The notes beneath the pieces were generated by a model that made no database searches, was not told the origin of the DNA, and saw nothing but the letters and a program-made list of their open reading frames with translations. Of a DNA stretch of 64,000 nucleotides, positions 10,230 through 19,731 are shown one piece after another. Source of the stretch: Candidatus Latescibacterota bacterium. GTDB taxonomy: Bacteria > Latescibacterota > UBA2968 > GCA-2709665. Position 1 is the stretch's first letter. Each line of letters starts with the position of its first letter. Both the position numbers and the translations under genes were made by a program. The DNA is taken from positions 256,001 through 320,000 of the forward strand of contig CBDDDZ010000004.1 of NCBI GenBank assembly GCA_965226795.1. The letters are read 5' to 3'.

Positions 10230-11588
10230 TCAGGTTTTCCGTTTCTGTTTTTTGGCTGCCGGGAAAAGGATGTTGTTCAAAATGAGGCGATAGCCGGGGG
10301 AGTTCCGGCGCAGGGCGAGTTGCGTGGGCGGGTCGCCCACGAAGTGGCGATAATCTTCCGGGTCGTGGCCGGCGTAAAATGTAAACGTACCCCGGCCCAC
10401 GTTGCCGTGGATGTATTTGACCTGGTCCGTTCCGCTGACCTCGCCCATTATGGTGACGGACTTCTTGATTCGACTCTTTCGAAACGCGGTGGTCTGTCCC
10501 AGAAACCCGCGGACTACAGGTACGTGGTTCTGGGTGAGCATGGTGGGCACAGGATCGAATTTGGCCGAAAACTCGAACAGAGTGAAGGCATCCGCGTCGG
10601 GCCCGCGCAGCTGCGCGACAGAGGTGGGCGAGATGTCGATGTCCGCGTGTTCATATTCCATGGGGTCCGTAACCAGGGTAAAGTTCTCGAAGGCGACGGT
10701 TCTTGAAAAGTCCAGGCTGGCCTGCGCCGCAGGGTGGGGCGGGTCCCCGTCGTAAAAGGTATCCACAATATCGACACCGGTCGCGGCCAGGGCAATGTCA
10801 AAGGTGTCCGTCGCGGAACACATCGCAAATACGAACCCGCCATCGGAGATGTATTCCAGGATGGCCCGGGCGACGGCGCCTTTTTCCACGGAGACCTTTC
10901 TGAAGCCGAGTCGCCTGGCAAGGCTTTCGAATTGGGCCTGCTGCCGGCGGTACCAGAGTTCCTGGCCATGGCTGCGGTAGAATTTCCCGTACTGACCGGT
11001 GAAATCTTCGTGATGCAGGTGCAGCCAGTCGTACTCGGAGAGTTTCCCCGAAAGCACTTCCTCGTCCCAGAGGATATCGTATGGGATTTCAGCGTGAGAC
11101 AGAGCCAGGGTGACGGCGTCGTCCCAGGGTTGTCTGTTGGGTGGTGAATACACCGCAATCTTCGGCGCGTTTTCAAGCCGCACGGGGTTCATGTTTCCGT
11201 GCTCGATCTCGGCGTAGATTCGAGCGGCATCGGCTCCGGCGATACGCTCGAAATCGACGTCGCGCAGACGCGCCTCCCCGGCTGCCGCATCCACGTAGTC
11301 CAACATGAACGCGCCGCCCCGATAGTTGAGCAGCCATTCCACGTCGATACTCTGTTGTAGCGCCCAATAGGCCAGCCCATAGGCCTTGAGATGATTCGTC
11401 TGCCCGAGATCCATGGGAATGAGCAGTCTGTCGGCGGCGGCATTCGAAGATGCCCCGAACAGACACAGACACAGGGCAAGGACCCTGGCAAAGAGGCCGT
11501 TTGACGTGCGGGGAGGGAACTCGAAGCAAATGTCCCCCCGTGGACCCGCGACAGGCGTTTTTGGGTGCATCCGGCCGTGAATTTCCAA
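10230..11588 (-). CDS. Conserved exported protein of the family often labelled 'asparagine synthetase B' in Bacteroidota-like genomes; function not established
   Basis: LIPMD..QTNHLKAYG, WLLNYRGG, YDWLHLHHEDFTGQYGKFY, FAMCSATD, GHDPEDY, SPGYRLILNNILFPAAKK; signal-peptide-like segment; exact start uncertain. Confidence 0.7.
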   Translation of the reverse strand: MEIHGRMHPKTPVAGPRGDICFEFPPRTSNGLFARVLALCLCLFGASSNAAADRLLIPMDLGQTNHLKAYGLAYWALQQSIDVEWLLNYRGGAFMLDYVDAAAGEARLRDVDFERIAGADAARIYAEIEHGNMNPVRLENAPKIAVYSPPNRQPWDDAVTLALSHAEIPYDILWDEEVLSGKLSEYDWLHLHHEDFTGQYGKFYRSHGQELWYRRQQAQFESLARRLGFRKVSVEKGAVARAILEYISDGGFVFAMCSATDTFDIALAATGVDIVDTFYDGDPPHPAAQASLDFSRTVAFENFTLVTDPMEYEHADIDISPTSVAQLRGPDADAFTLFEFSAKFDPVPTMLTQNHVPVVRGFLGQTTAFRKSRIKKSVTIMGEVSGTDQVKYIHGNVGRGTFTFYAGHDPEDYRHFVGDPPTQLALRRNSPGYRLILNNILFPAAKKQKRKT

Positions 11589-13415
11589 CTATCCGGGCTC
11601 CTTTCGGGTGGTTTCATGCGCTTTGATTTTCTCTCGAAGCGCCCGCACCTGCTCCCGGGCAACCTCAGCATCCAGGCTGTGCGGATAAGCTGCCAGTACA
11701 GATTCGTAGGTGTGCAGTGCGTCGTGGTATTGGCCAAGTTTCTGATCGTAGATCCTGCCTATGGTGACCATCGCCTCGGGACACAGCGGGCTCCACGGGA
11801 CGCTCGCAAGCAGGTGCCGAGACATCCGAATGGCTTCGTTGTACCTTCCGAGTCTTTCCAGAAGCCCGATCTGAGTCGCCAGGGCGCGATCCAGAAGCCG
11901 CGACTTCGGATGGGTTTCCGCAAACGCCCGGAACGCGCTCAGGGCCGCTTCCGGTTTTTTCCGGCGGGCGAGCCTGGACGCCGTCGCATAGGACTGAAGC
12001 ACCCGGACACCTTCATGGTCCGCCATCTCGAGCAGCACCGAGAGCGCCAGCGCATCGTTGAACGCGAATCGATTGGAAGAGCCCGACAGCATGCTGTCGA
12101 CGATGGCCCGGGCGGCGTCGACGTCGCCGGATAAAAACCGACACTCCGCAATGCCGAAACGAGCGTGTGCGGCGTCTTCCTTGCCCTGTTGTTCACGTGC
12201 AACGCGGGCGTAAACCGATTCAGCTTCGTCAGGCCGGTCCGCAATAACCATCATATCCGCGATTTCGAAGAGGGCTTGATAACGCCAGAAAGAACGCTTT
12301 TTCGCCCCGGCGACCGCGCGGAATGCATCCATTGCGGCCGCTGTATCGTGAGAGGCCCGGCGCAAAAGACGACCCAGCCGATAACCGGCCTCATGCGCGT
12401 ACAGGGTTCCGGGATATCTGCCAATCAGGCTCCGGTACAGGGCCGCAGCCGTGTCGACCCGCGCCAATCCTTCGCTTGCCCTCCCCAGACCCAGCAGTAC
12501 GCCGGGCTGCAGGGCGGTGGCGTCGGAGCCCGTCAGAAGCATTCTATAGGCGGCGGCGGCCGTCGCGAACCGGCCGGCGTCGAAGGCGTGTTTGGCGAGG
12601 CGTAACAGAAACGTCTTTTGAAGCGGATCAAGGTGTGGAAACGTCGAAAAAACCCGCAGCGCCGGTTCCTCACGACGTGCCGCCAGGGCGTATTCCGTGA
12701 ACAGCCGTAGAGAAAGCTCGTCTCGCGGATGCGCCTTTACTTCCTGACCCAGTGTGGCAAGAATCCGGTCCTGCTGATCACCCTCCCTAGCGAAATGCCT
12801 GAAGCGGGATTCGACCAACCCGACAGACTGCGGCTGTTGCCGAACAAAAACGAGGTATTCGGCGACAGCGTCGTGATAACGCACGAACCGTTCTGAGATT
12901 TCAGCCATCTCTCTGGCGAACAGCCGCGGGTTTTTCAGGGTATTACGTCCCTGCCGGCAAACAGACAGGGCCCGGGATGGAAGGTTGTGTTTCAGGAAGC
13001 GGCTCGCAACCCGCGCAAAGGATCCCTCATCTACAGCTTCTTTGACGATACGGTTCCAGTTGGCAATTGCCCCCTCCATGTTGCCCGTTTCGGACTGAAT
13101 GTCCGCCAGCCGAAAACGGACCGACCTGTCCTGCGGTCTCTTTTTGAGATGGGACTCCAGGAGGCGAATGGCTTCGCCGCGCCGGCCGGTACGGTATAGA
13201 ATCGATTCCATACGAAGGAGAATGTCAGCGCGGCCCGGATACCGTTTCAAGAGATTACGGTAAAGCCGCAGTGCTCCCCTCAAGTCGCCTGAGGCTTCCT
13301 TCGCATCGGCCTGTTTCAGCGTTTCCCGGGCGGTGCCCGCAGTGAGACCCATCGGCGCGATCAAGAGAAAAACCGCAAGAACCGGGAATGTACTGGATAA
13401 AGTCCGCATCTTCAT
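11589..13415 (-). CDS. Exported tetratricopeptide-repeat protein
   Basis: Signal peptide followed by repeated A..Y..L...YP helical repeats. Confidence 0.8.
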   Translation of the reverse strand: MKMRTLSSTFPVLAVFLLIAPMGLTAGTARETLKQADAKEASGDLRGALRLYRNLLKRYPGRADILLRMESILYRTGRRGEAIRLLESHLKKRPQDRSVRFRLADIQSETGNMEGAIANWNRIVKEAVDEGSFARVASRFLKHNLPSRALSVCRQGRNTLKNPRLFAREMAEISERFVRYHDAVAEYLVFVRQQPQSVGLVESRFRHFAREGDQQDRILATLGQEVKAHPRDELSLRLFTEYALAARREEPALRVFSTFPHLDPLQKTFLLRLAKHAFDAGRFATAAAAYRMLLTGSDATALQPGVLLGLGRASEGLARVDTAAALYRSLIGRYPGTLYAHEAGYRLGRLLRRASHDTAAAMDAFRAVAGAKKRSFWRYQALFEIADMMVIADRPDEAESVYARVAREQQGKEDAAHARFGIAECRFLSGDVDAARAIVDSMLSGSSNRFAFNDALALSVLLEMADHEGVRVLQSYATASRLARRKKPEAALSAFRAFAETHPKSRLLDRALATQIGLLERLGRYNEAIRMSRHLLASVPWSPLCPEAMVTIGRIYDQKLGQYHDALHTYESVLAAYPHSLDAEVAREQVRALREKIKAHETTRKEPG

Positions 13416-16400
13416 CGGGGATCTTCGCGCTTCAGCGCGTCCTGCATCAATGATTCGAAGTAGTTCCGGATGAGTCGCTGGTATTCGGTGGCAAAGCCCG
13501 CATCGAGCGCCGCCCGGAGACGTTTTCGGAGCGGGTTGTCGGCTTCGCCCAGATTTGGGGGCAACGAACCCGGACCCTGGTAAGCGAGGCCTGAACCCCG
13601 CCGCGCGCGCCGTTCTTTGCTTTGGCCGCGTTCCCGAATCGATCGCTGGGCATCCAGCAGGCGCGAGAGAATCCTGCGCTGGCGCTCCAGCGTTCGGCTG
13701 CCTGCGCGCCGGTTCTTCATCTCATGAATGACATCCTCCATTTCGGAAGCTATATTGTCAAGATCGCCTAGCAGCGTCTGTTGTCGGCTGCCCATCCGCT
13801 GGCGGATTTCCTGCAGCGCCTGCTGGATGGCTCTCTGCCGGGCGGCCATGCGAGCGAGGCTCAACTGCTGACCGTGCCCCTCCGCCGACGGAGGCCGCGA
13901 ACCCAACATGGATTCACTCTGGGCGTTCAGACCCGCCTGCTGGTCGGCCAGTTCCTGCATGCGCTGGAGCATTTCTTCAAGACCCACCGAAGAACTGGCA
14001 GCGGCGATGTCCCTGACCACGTTCCGTAGCGCCACAGCCGCATCGTTCAGGGCGCCCATAGCGTCCTTGCCGGTACCGGTAGCCCGGGAACCGGCGCCGA
14101 CCTGAATATGACCGGCAGTCTCCCGGATCTTGATGAGCGCCCGCCCCAGCGCGGCGCCGGTTTCAGGCGTCACAAAATAGGTCCTGTAAGCGGCTTCCAT
14201 CAGGTGGTCCGCCAGACGCGTTGCACCGGCCAGGATACGGGCCTGTTCGATCGCCAGCGCCGTCGGATCGCTATCCCGCGAAATTTCCCCCGCCTTGCGC
14301 GCGGTCTTTTCCTGTGCGGTGGAAAGTCCCAGCAGGTTGTGCGTCAGTTGATCGAGTTGCCGCGTCAGCGCTTCTTTCTGGCGACTAACGAAGGCCTGCC
14401 TGGCCGCCTGGAGTTCGCTTGCGAACCTTTTGAGATCTTCCGCTATGCGTGCACCGCGGTTTCGAGCGGACCGTGTTGCTCCCCCGCGCAGTTCGCGACT
14501 GACATGCCGCATTCTCTCAGGGATGCGTTGCTCTTCAAACCGGTCCGACAGGCGTTCCAGCTCGTTCATCGCTTTGGGGTACACCGTCATTTTCTCTGCA
14601 GTCTGCGCAAGTTCATCCTCAAATGAATCGGCCCGCCTTTCGATCGCGTCCTGCTTCCCGGCCAGGGACGATGGATCGGGTTCATCGCCAATGTTTTCAA
14701 CCACGCGCCGCTGCGCTTCGGACAGCGCTTCCACAGCTCGGACCAACGCCTCAAGGGCCTGCTCCTTGCGCAGTTGTTGCAGCAGGGCGATCGTCCGCTC
14801 CAGAGCCTGTTGAAACCCTTCCTGTTCGGCGCGGAACGCCTTCAGAGCCCCCTCCACGGCTTCAGGATCGACGCGCTGCATCGCGCCGCGGAGTTCCTCC
14901 ATAGCTTCTTTCAACCCGGGCGTCTCAATTTCGGAGAGCAGTTCCTGTATCTGGTTCAGCTTTTGAAGGGTTTCGTCCCCCAGAAGTCCACTCTGTTGCA
15001 GCCTGTCGAGCATCTCTTCGAGTTTCTCGCTCACTTTCTCGAGCTGTTCCGCGGCGGTGGCCTGGTCATCGATCGCGGTTTCCAGTTCCTTGCTGTGCTG
15101 CCATTGCATCTGTCGTTCCTTCAACAGTCGATGCGCAATCTCCTCAAGGCGTTCCCGCACCGCCTCCCCCCCTTCCTGGATGGCTGCCATCCGTTCCAGA
15201 CCCTCTTCCTGCACCCGTTGCGCCTGCCGGTGGATCTCCAGCAAAGATGGAAAGCGAATGGTGAAGGCCGGTGTTTCCGTTATGCCGGGACCGGATATGA
15301 TGTTGGCGTCATACGCGCGTAACCGGAAGACGAGCCGATCGCCTGGCAGCAAGTCCAGGCTTGAGAGATCCCAGACATGGGTCTGGGTGAGTTCTCCGGC
15401 GCCCGGGTTATCCAGGGGGACAGCAAGGCTCTCTACCGCCTCCTCATCGTTCAGGCGGTAACGGATTTCGATCCGGGCAACGCCAAAATCGTCACGGGCC
15501 TCAACGAACAGAGGAACCCGCATGTTCTCCCCCAGTTCGGTGTCTTTGCCCGGGCGAAGGAGACGAATTTCAGGAGGATGGTCCTGAAGGGCCACAACGC
15601 GGTATTCTACAGGATTCGTGCTGGGTATTCCGTGTGTATCGCGGAGAGCGATTGTATATCGCCGGTTCTGTTTGACGGTCAGATTGACAACAGCGAGAGT
15701 TCCGTTTATCCGCGCAGTTGACGCGATGCTGTCGTCTAAGACGATTTCAGCCGTGCTCAACGGAAGGCTGGATTCGAAATTAAGGGTGGTCGAAGTCCCC
15801 GTAATGGCCGCAATGTCGCCACCGTCTATGTCGCGGACATCCTCCAACCCGGTATAGGCCGGATAACGGTTGTCGTGGCCGAGCCGCACGACTACCGGCC
15901 GGGGTTTCGCGGTGACCGTGTAAACCGGCGTTACCGCGTCGTTCGCACGAAGACGGTACTGGAACGACCTTGTAACGGCGGGCATCCTGTGCGCGATCCG
16001 CCCGTTTCGGACCGTAAGCTCTCGAGGTGTCCACGCGTCGTCTTCCCGTAATAGGATGTGGGCCTGAAGGGGCACGAGACCTGTGAGGGTCGCCGTTATT
16101 GCAAAGGGCTCGCCAGCGATGATTTCAGCGCTCCCGGGATGGAGGGCAATAAATGTTTCAGGTGGGCGGACATAGACCGTCGAGGGATGAGCAAGGCGGC
16201 GGGCGGCCGCGGTAAACGGCCCGGGCAGGATCGTGAATGCAAGGAGGATGGCCAGGCCGAACGCGCCGCACAGGGCGGCCATCCGCAAGGGTGGGGTGCG
16301 GGCGACCAGGGGATCCAGGTTCAGATTCGCGAGGGTTTCATCCGCCTGAATTACGGCGGCTTCAACCATCCGGGGCGAATAGTCGGTGTCCCTGCAATGA

Positions 16401-16747
16401 CCCCAGAGTTGCAGTGCACTGATCAGGCGTTGCTGCAGGCCTCCGAACGCGTGTTCGACCTGCAACGCGACGTCTTCCGGTGAAGGTGGCAGGAACAACG
16501 GACGAACGCAGTATACTGCCGCAAGACCTAGCAGAACAAGCCCCGCGGCGCCCTCCGCTGCCAACTTCACAGCGGGCGATAGATACACGGCGGTTTCCAG
16601 GAGAAGCAAAACGAAAAAGCACCCCAGCGCGCAGCAGAGGGTCACTCCCACGCCGTACAGGATGCGGGCGGCCGTCTGCCTTCTCCGAAGCGCGTAGAGC
16701 GTGCGCAGCAGATTCTGGTACGCGGAATATGGGAATGGTCTGGACAT
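13412..16747 (-). CDS. Large membrane-anchored coiled-coil protein (DUF4175-like)
   Basis: N-terminal TM helices, Ig-like PAYTGL and A.DDFGV segments, long Gln/Glu-rich coiled coil, RQRRILSRLLDA. Confidence 0.75.
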   Translation of the reverse strand: MSRPFPYSAYQNLLRTLYALRRRQTAARILYGVGVTLCCALGCFFVLLLLETAVYLSPAVKLAAEGAAGLVLLGLAAVYCVRPLFLPPSPEDVALQVEHAFGGLQQRLISALQLWGHCRDTDYSPRMVEAAVIQADETLANLNLDPLVARTPPLRMAALCGAFGLAILLAFTILPGPFTAAARRLAHPSTVYVRPPETFIALHPGSAEIIAGEPFAITATLTGLVPLQAHILLREDDAWTPRELTVRNGRIAHRMPAVTRSFQYRLRANDAVTPVYTVTAKPRPVVVRLGHDNRYPAYTGLEDVRDIDGGDIAAITGTSTTLNFESSLPLSTAEIVLDDSIASTARINGTLAVVNLTVKQNRRYTIALRDTHGIPSTNPVEYRVVALQDHPPEIRLLRPGKDTELGENMRVPLFVEARDDFGVARIEIRYRLNDEEAVESLAVPLDNPGAGELTQTHVWDLSSLDLLPGDRLVFRLRAYDANIISGPGITETPAFTIRFPSLLEIHRQAQRVQEEGLERMAAIQEGGEAVRERLEEIAHRLLKERQMQWQHSKELETAIDDQATAAEQLEKVSEKLEEMLDRLQQSGLLGDETLQKLNQIQELLSEIETPGLKEAMEELRGAMQRVDPEAVEGALKAFRAEQEGFQQALERTIALLQQLRKEQALEALVRAVEALSEAQRRVVENIGDEPDPSSLAGKQDAIERRADSFEDELAQTAEKMTVYPKAMNELERLSDRFEEQRIPERMRHVSRELRGGATRSARNRGARIAEDLKRFASELQAARQAFVSRQKEALTRQLDQLTHNLLGLSTAQEKTARKAGEISRDSDPTALAIEQARILAGATRLADHLMEAAYRTYFVTPETGAALGRALIKIRETAGHIQVGAGSRATGTGKDAMGALNDAAVALRNVVRDIAAASSSVGLEEMLQRMQELADQQAGLNAQSESMLGSRPPSAEGHGQQLSLARMAARQRAIQQALQEIRQRMGSRQQTLLGDLDNIASEMEDVIHEMKNRRAGSRTLERQRRILSRLLDAQRSIRERGQSKERRARRGSGLAYQGPGSLPPNLGEADNPLRKRLRAALDAGFATEYQRLIRNYFESLMQDALKREDPR

Positions 16748-16857
16748 AAGCGAGAGGAACGCGAGTACCGAGGCGCGTTCTGCCTTCGCGAACGAGGCAC
16801 AGGGGAGAGGGGGGTGACATTACGGATCCCCCTTTTCATCCCGAGCCGGTCGCGCGG

Positions 16858-17577
16858 TTAATGCGTGAGCGCCCAGACAATGACGTTCGTCCCCATTTTC
16901 AAGGCGGCATCCCGCTTTTCCGGCGGATCTTCGTGAACGGCGGCATCGTTCCAACCATCCCCGAGGTCGCACTCGTAATTGTAAAAGACCACAAGCCGTC
17001 CCTCGTGAAAGATGCCGAAGGCCTGTGGTCGTTTACCGTCGTGCTCGTGGATTTTCGGCAGGCCGTCTGGAAATGAGAAAGGCTGTTGAAAGATGTCGAA
17101 CGAGGGCGGTAGTTCCACCAGTTCTTTATCAGGGAAGGTTCGTTTGATTTCACGGCGAAACGCTTTGTCGAGTCCGTAATCGTCATTGGCAAAAAGGAAG
17201 CCGCCGCGTTCAAGGTACGTGCGAAGGCGCCTGACTTCATCTTCGGTAAATCGGATATTTCCGTGTCCGGTGAGATAAAGAACCGGATAAGCAAAAAGGT
17301 CTTCGTCCATGATTTCGACCCGGGCTTCCTGTTTTGCCGTATGGATCGTCGTTCGGCTTCGGATAAAGGCCAGCAGGTTGGGAATCTCGGTGGGCCCGTT
17401 GTACCAGTCTCCGCCGCCCCCGAATTTGAGCCTCGCCATTGTGAAAGACGCCGGTGGACCTGACAGCTGCGCCGGACAGCGGGCGGCGCCGAGCGCCAGA
17501 AGACAGAAAACAGCGCATACTACGCCCCATCGTACGGGTAATCCGGCGGCGTTGTTCTGCTTTTCTTTCCGGTTCAT
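16858..17577 (-). CDS. DUF4159 family protein
   Basis: ARLKFGGGGDWY, YLTGHG, GGFLFANDDYG, LPKIHEHDGK, DLGDGW. Confidence 0.9.
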   Translation of the reverse strand: MNRKEKQNNAAGLPVRWGVVCAVFCLLALGAARCPAQLSGPPASFTMARLKFGGGGDWYNGPTEIPNLLAFIRSRTTIHTAKQEARVEIMDEDLFAYPVLYLTGHGNIRFTEDEVRRLRTYLERGGFLFANDDYGLDKAFRREIKRTFPDKELVELPPSFDIFQQPFSFPDGLPKIHEHDGKRPQAFGIFHEGRLVVFYNYECDLGDGWNDAAVHEDPPEKRDAALKMGTNVIVWALTH

Positions 17578-17709
17578 TCCTTTTGAGAATAGCCCTTCGG
17601 TTCAGCGAAACAGGGGCCGGACATGGGAAACGGGGGGCCTGCGTCCCCGCTTCCCGGCGCCCAACCCCAGTTTAGACGTGGTGCAAGAGTGGAAGTTCCA
17701 GGGCTCCGG

Positions 17710-18057
17710 TTAATCGGAGTCGATCTGAAGCAGTGGTTTCGCCTGTGCCGGTTCGACGTCGGAATTCTTCGCGAAACTGAATGTGCAATCAAATTCCACG
17801 TCGGCCAGACAACGCTCGTCGATCGGAAACGCGCTGCACTGGCGTGGCCGGTTTTCGTAGATGCTGCAGGCGGAAAACCCATCGTCCTGTTTGATTACGA
17901 ACGGGCATTTGAATAGAATTTCGCAGCAGTTGCCGCAGCGGTTGCATTCGCCCATCAGGAGGGTTGCCTGCTCGGCAACATAGGATTTTCGGAAGTAGAC
18001 AGAGAGAAAACGGCGAGCTTTCCCCGCGGCTTGTCGCGCTTTTAGCGGCAATTTCAT
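17710..18057 (-). CDS. Small Cys-rich CxxCxxCC (YkgJ-like, putative Fe-S/Zn-binding) protein
   Basis: GECNRCGNCC...CPF...CSIYENRPRQC..FP. Confidence 0.75.
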   Translation of the reverse strand: MKLPLKARQAAGKARRFLSVYFRKSYVAEQATLLMGECNRCGNCCEILFKCPFVIKQDDGFSACSIYENRPRQCSAFPIDERCLADVEFDCTFSFAKNSDVEPAQAKPLLQIDSD

Positions 18058-18092
18058 GTATGCTCCGTGTTTCCTCTGTCGCAGAGAGGTAA

Positions 18093-19631
18093 TCAGGGAA
18101 TTTCAGTTCTGTCCCCTGAAGATCCACCTGTTTCTAAGGCTGCCGGCTTCGGTGGCCGGAACAGTTGACGGATTTCCTGCCACTCTCCCGTTTCAAGGAA
18201 GTTCCAGCCCCACAGGATGAGCGGATAGGCCAGCAACAGAATGCACCGTGTCACGATGCCCGACGGGCTGGCATCGGGAATAAATCCGGATACAACAAGA
18301 AAAACGATTCCGCCGGCGACCGCGACCTTCGCAAGCCGGGCGTACTCGTAGGCAACCGGATAAAACCGTCGGGTGTACAAATAGAGAAAAAGGACCATTA
18401 CCCCGTAAGCGGCCAGGGTGCTCCAGGCCGCGCCGAGCACGCCCATGCGCGGGATAAGCAGAAGGTTGAATCCCACATTGACGCTCGCGCCCAGACCCAC
18501 AACGAGGGGCAGCATGCGTGAACGACCCTCCGCGTAAACCCCGGCCGTCAATATAATGTATATTCCGGATAGCAGGAATGCAAGGGTTACAATTGGGATG
18601 ACACCCTGTGCGGGCAGATATTCGGAGGCTTTGCTTCCACATCCCAGCAGGATAAGATCCCGGGCGAAGGTGCAAAGCGCCAGCAGCAATAGGGTTGCTC
18701 CCACCGAAAAATAGGTGGTCATCCGGGCGACAACCGCGCGGGCTTCCGTTCTGTCCGGAATGGCCAGGATGCCCGGCGCCCACGCGGTGCGGAATACCCG
18801 CGTAAGCATCTGCATGGGCAGGCAGAACCTGAAGAGGATCTGAAGAATCCCGACTGGATCCTTGCCAAGGAAGAATTTCAGGAGCAACCGGTCGGAAAGG
18901 TTAATCAGAAGAAGGGCCGCGGCGGAAGGAACAAAAGGCAAACCAAAGCGAAGAAGCTCGCGCAAGATAGACGGCGAATAGACGGGCCGGAGTGTACGGA
19001 ACCCGATTGGGCACAGGACCAGAAAGGCAAAAACGGAGCTGACCAGGTTGCTCCAGAAAATAGCACGTACCCCGTGCCCTTCCCAGACTATCAGGTAAAC
19101 CGTGAGACCAAGCTGCAGGGTGTGCTGGACGAACCGGACAGACGCGTAGATTCCGGATCGCTGCCGCACCCTGCACAACGTGAAAAAGGGCTCTGACAGG
19201 GTGTCCAGCAGCAGAATCACCGCGATAATGTGGAACACGTCCGCGTAGGACGCGGTATCGAGAAAAACGACGGCCAGGCGCGCAGCAGAGTTCCATACCA
19301 GGAAAGAAAGAAGGACGCCCATGACCAGAAGCGTCCAGTATGCCGTGCTGAACTTGAGGCGTGTCTCGGCTGCATCGCGCTCGACAGCAAGGTGGCGGAC
19401 AAGCGCATGGTTCAGGCCCAGGGCGTACAGGAGAACACTGAAGCTGACAAAAGCGTACGCGAGGGCCATGTCGCCGTTTTCGGATAGGGAAAGAAGGCGG
19501 GCGTAGACGGGCACCAGAAGGATGCCCGTGGCCTTTCCGAGCATGTCGCCCATCCCGTAAACGGCAGTGTGTTTTGCGAGCGATTTGACGTGTCGGAAGC
19601 CCATGGACAGTACGCTGCCATCCATCTTCAT
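18093..19631 (-). CDS. Oligosaccharide flippase (Wzx/MATE-like)
   Basis: 12-14 hydrophobic segments, LVPVYARLLS, ELLRFGLP, DRLLL, LLIPRMGVLGAAWST. Confidence 0.88.
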   Translation of the reverse strand: MKMDGSVLSMGFRHVKSLAKHTAVYGMGDMLGKATGILLVPVYARLLSLSENGDMALAYAFVSFSVLLYALGLNHALVRHLAVERDAAETRLKFSTAYWTLLVMGVLLSFLVWNSAARLAVVFLDTASYADVFHIIAVILLLDTLSEPFFTLCRVRQRSGIYASVRFVQHTLQLGLTVYLIVWEGHGVRAIFWSNLVSSVFAFLVLCPIGFRTLRPVYSPSILRELLRFGLPFVPSAAALLLINLSDRLLLKFFLGKDPVGILQILFRFCLPMQMLTRVFRTAWAPGILAIPDRTEARAVVARMTTYFSVGATLLLLALCTFARDLILLGCGSKASEYLPAQGVIPIVTLAFLLSGIYIILTAGVYAEGRSRMLPLVVGLGASVNVGFNLLLIPRMGVLGAAWSTLAAYGVMVLFLYLYTRRFYPVAYEYARLAKVAVAGGIVFLVVSGFIPDASPSGIVTRCILLLAYPLILWGWNFLETGEWQEIRQLFRPPKPAALETGGSSGDRTEIP

Positions 19632-19731
19632 CGGTTTTGGACACGTCGGCCGACGTTCCGGCTCGCGGCAGAAACTGGAAAACGCTTGTCGTATTCCGGT
19701 TCGCGACCAATGAGTCGAATGGCTGGAAAGA

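Noticed and set aside
225..10285. Long plus-strand ORFs such as 225..1181, 5466..6407, 7182..8264 and 8366..10285
   Set aside because: Antisense shadows of well-supported minus-strand genes, typical of high-GC DNA.
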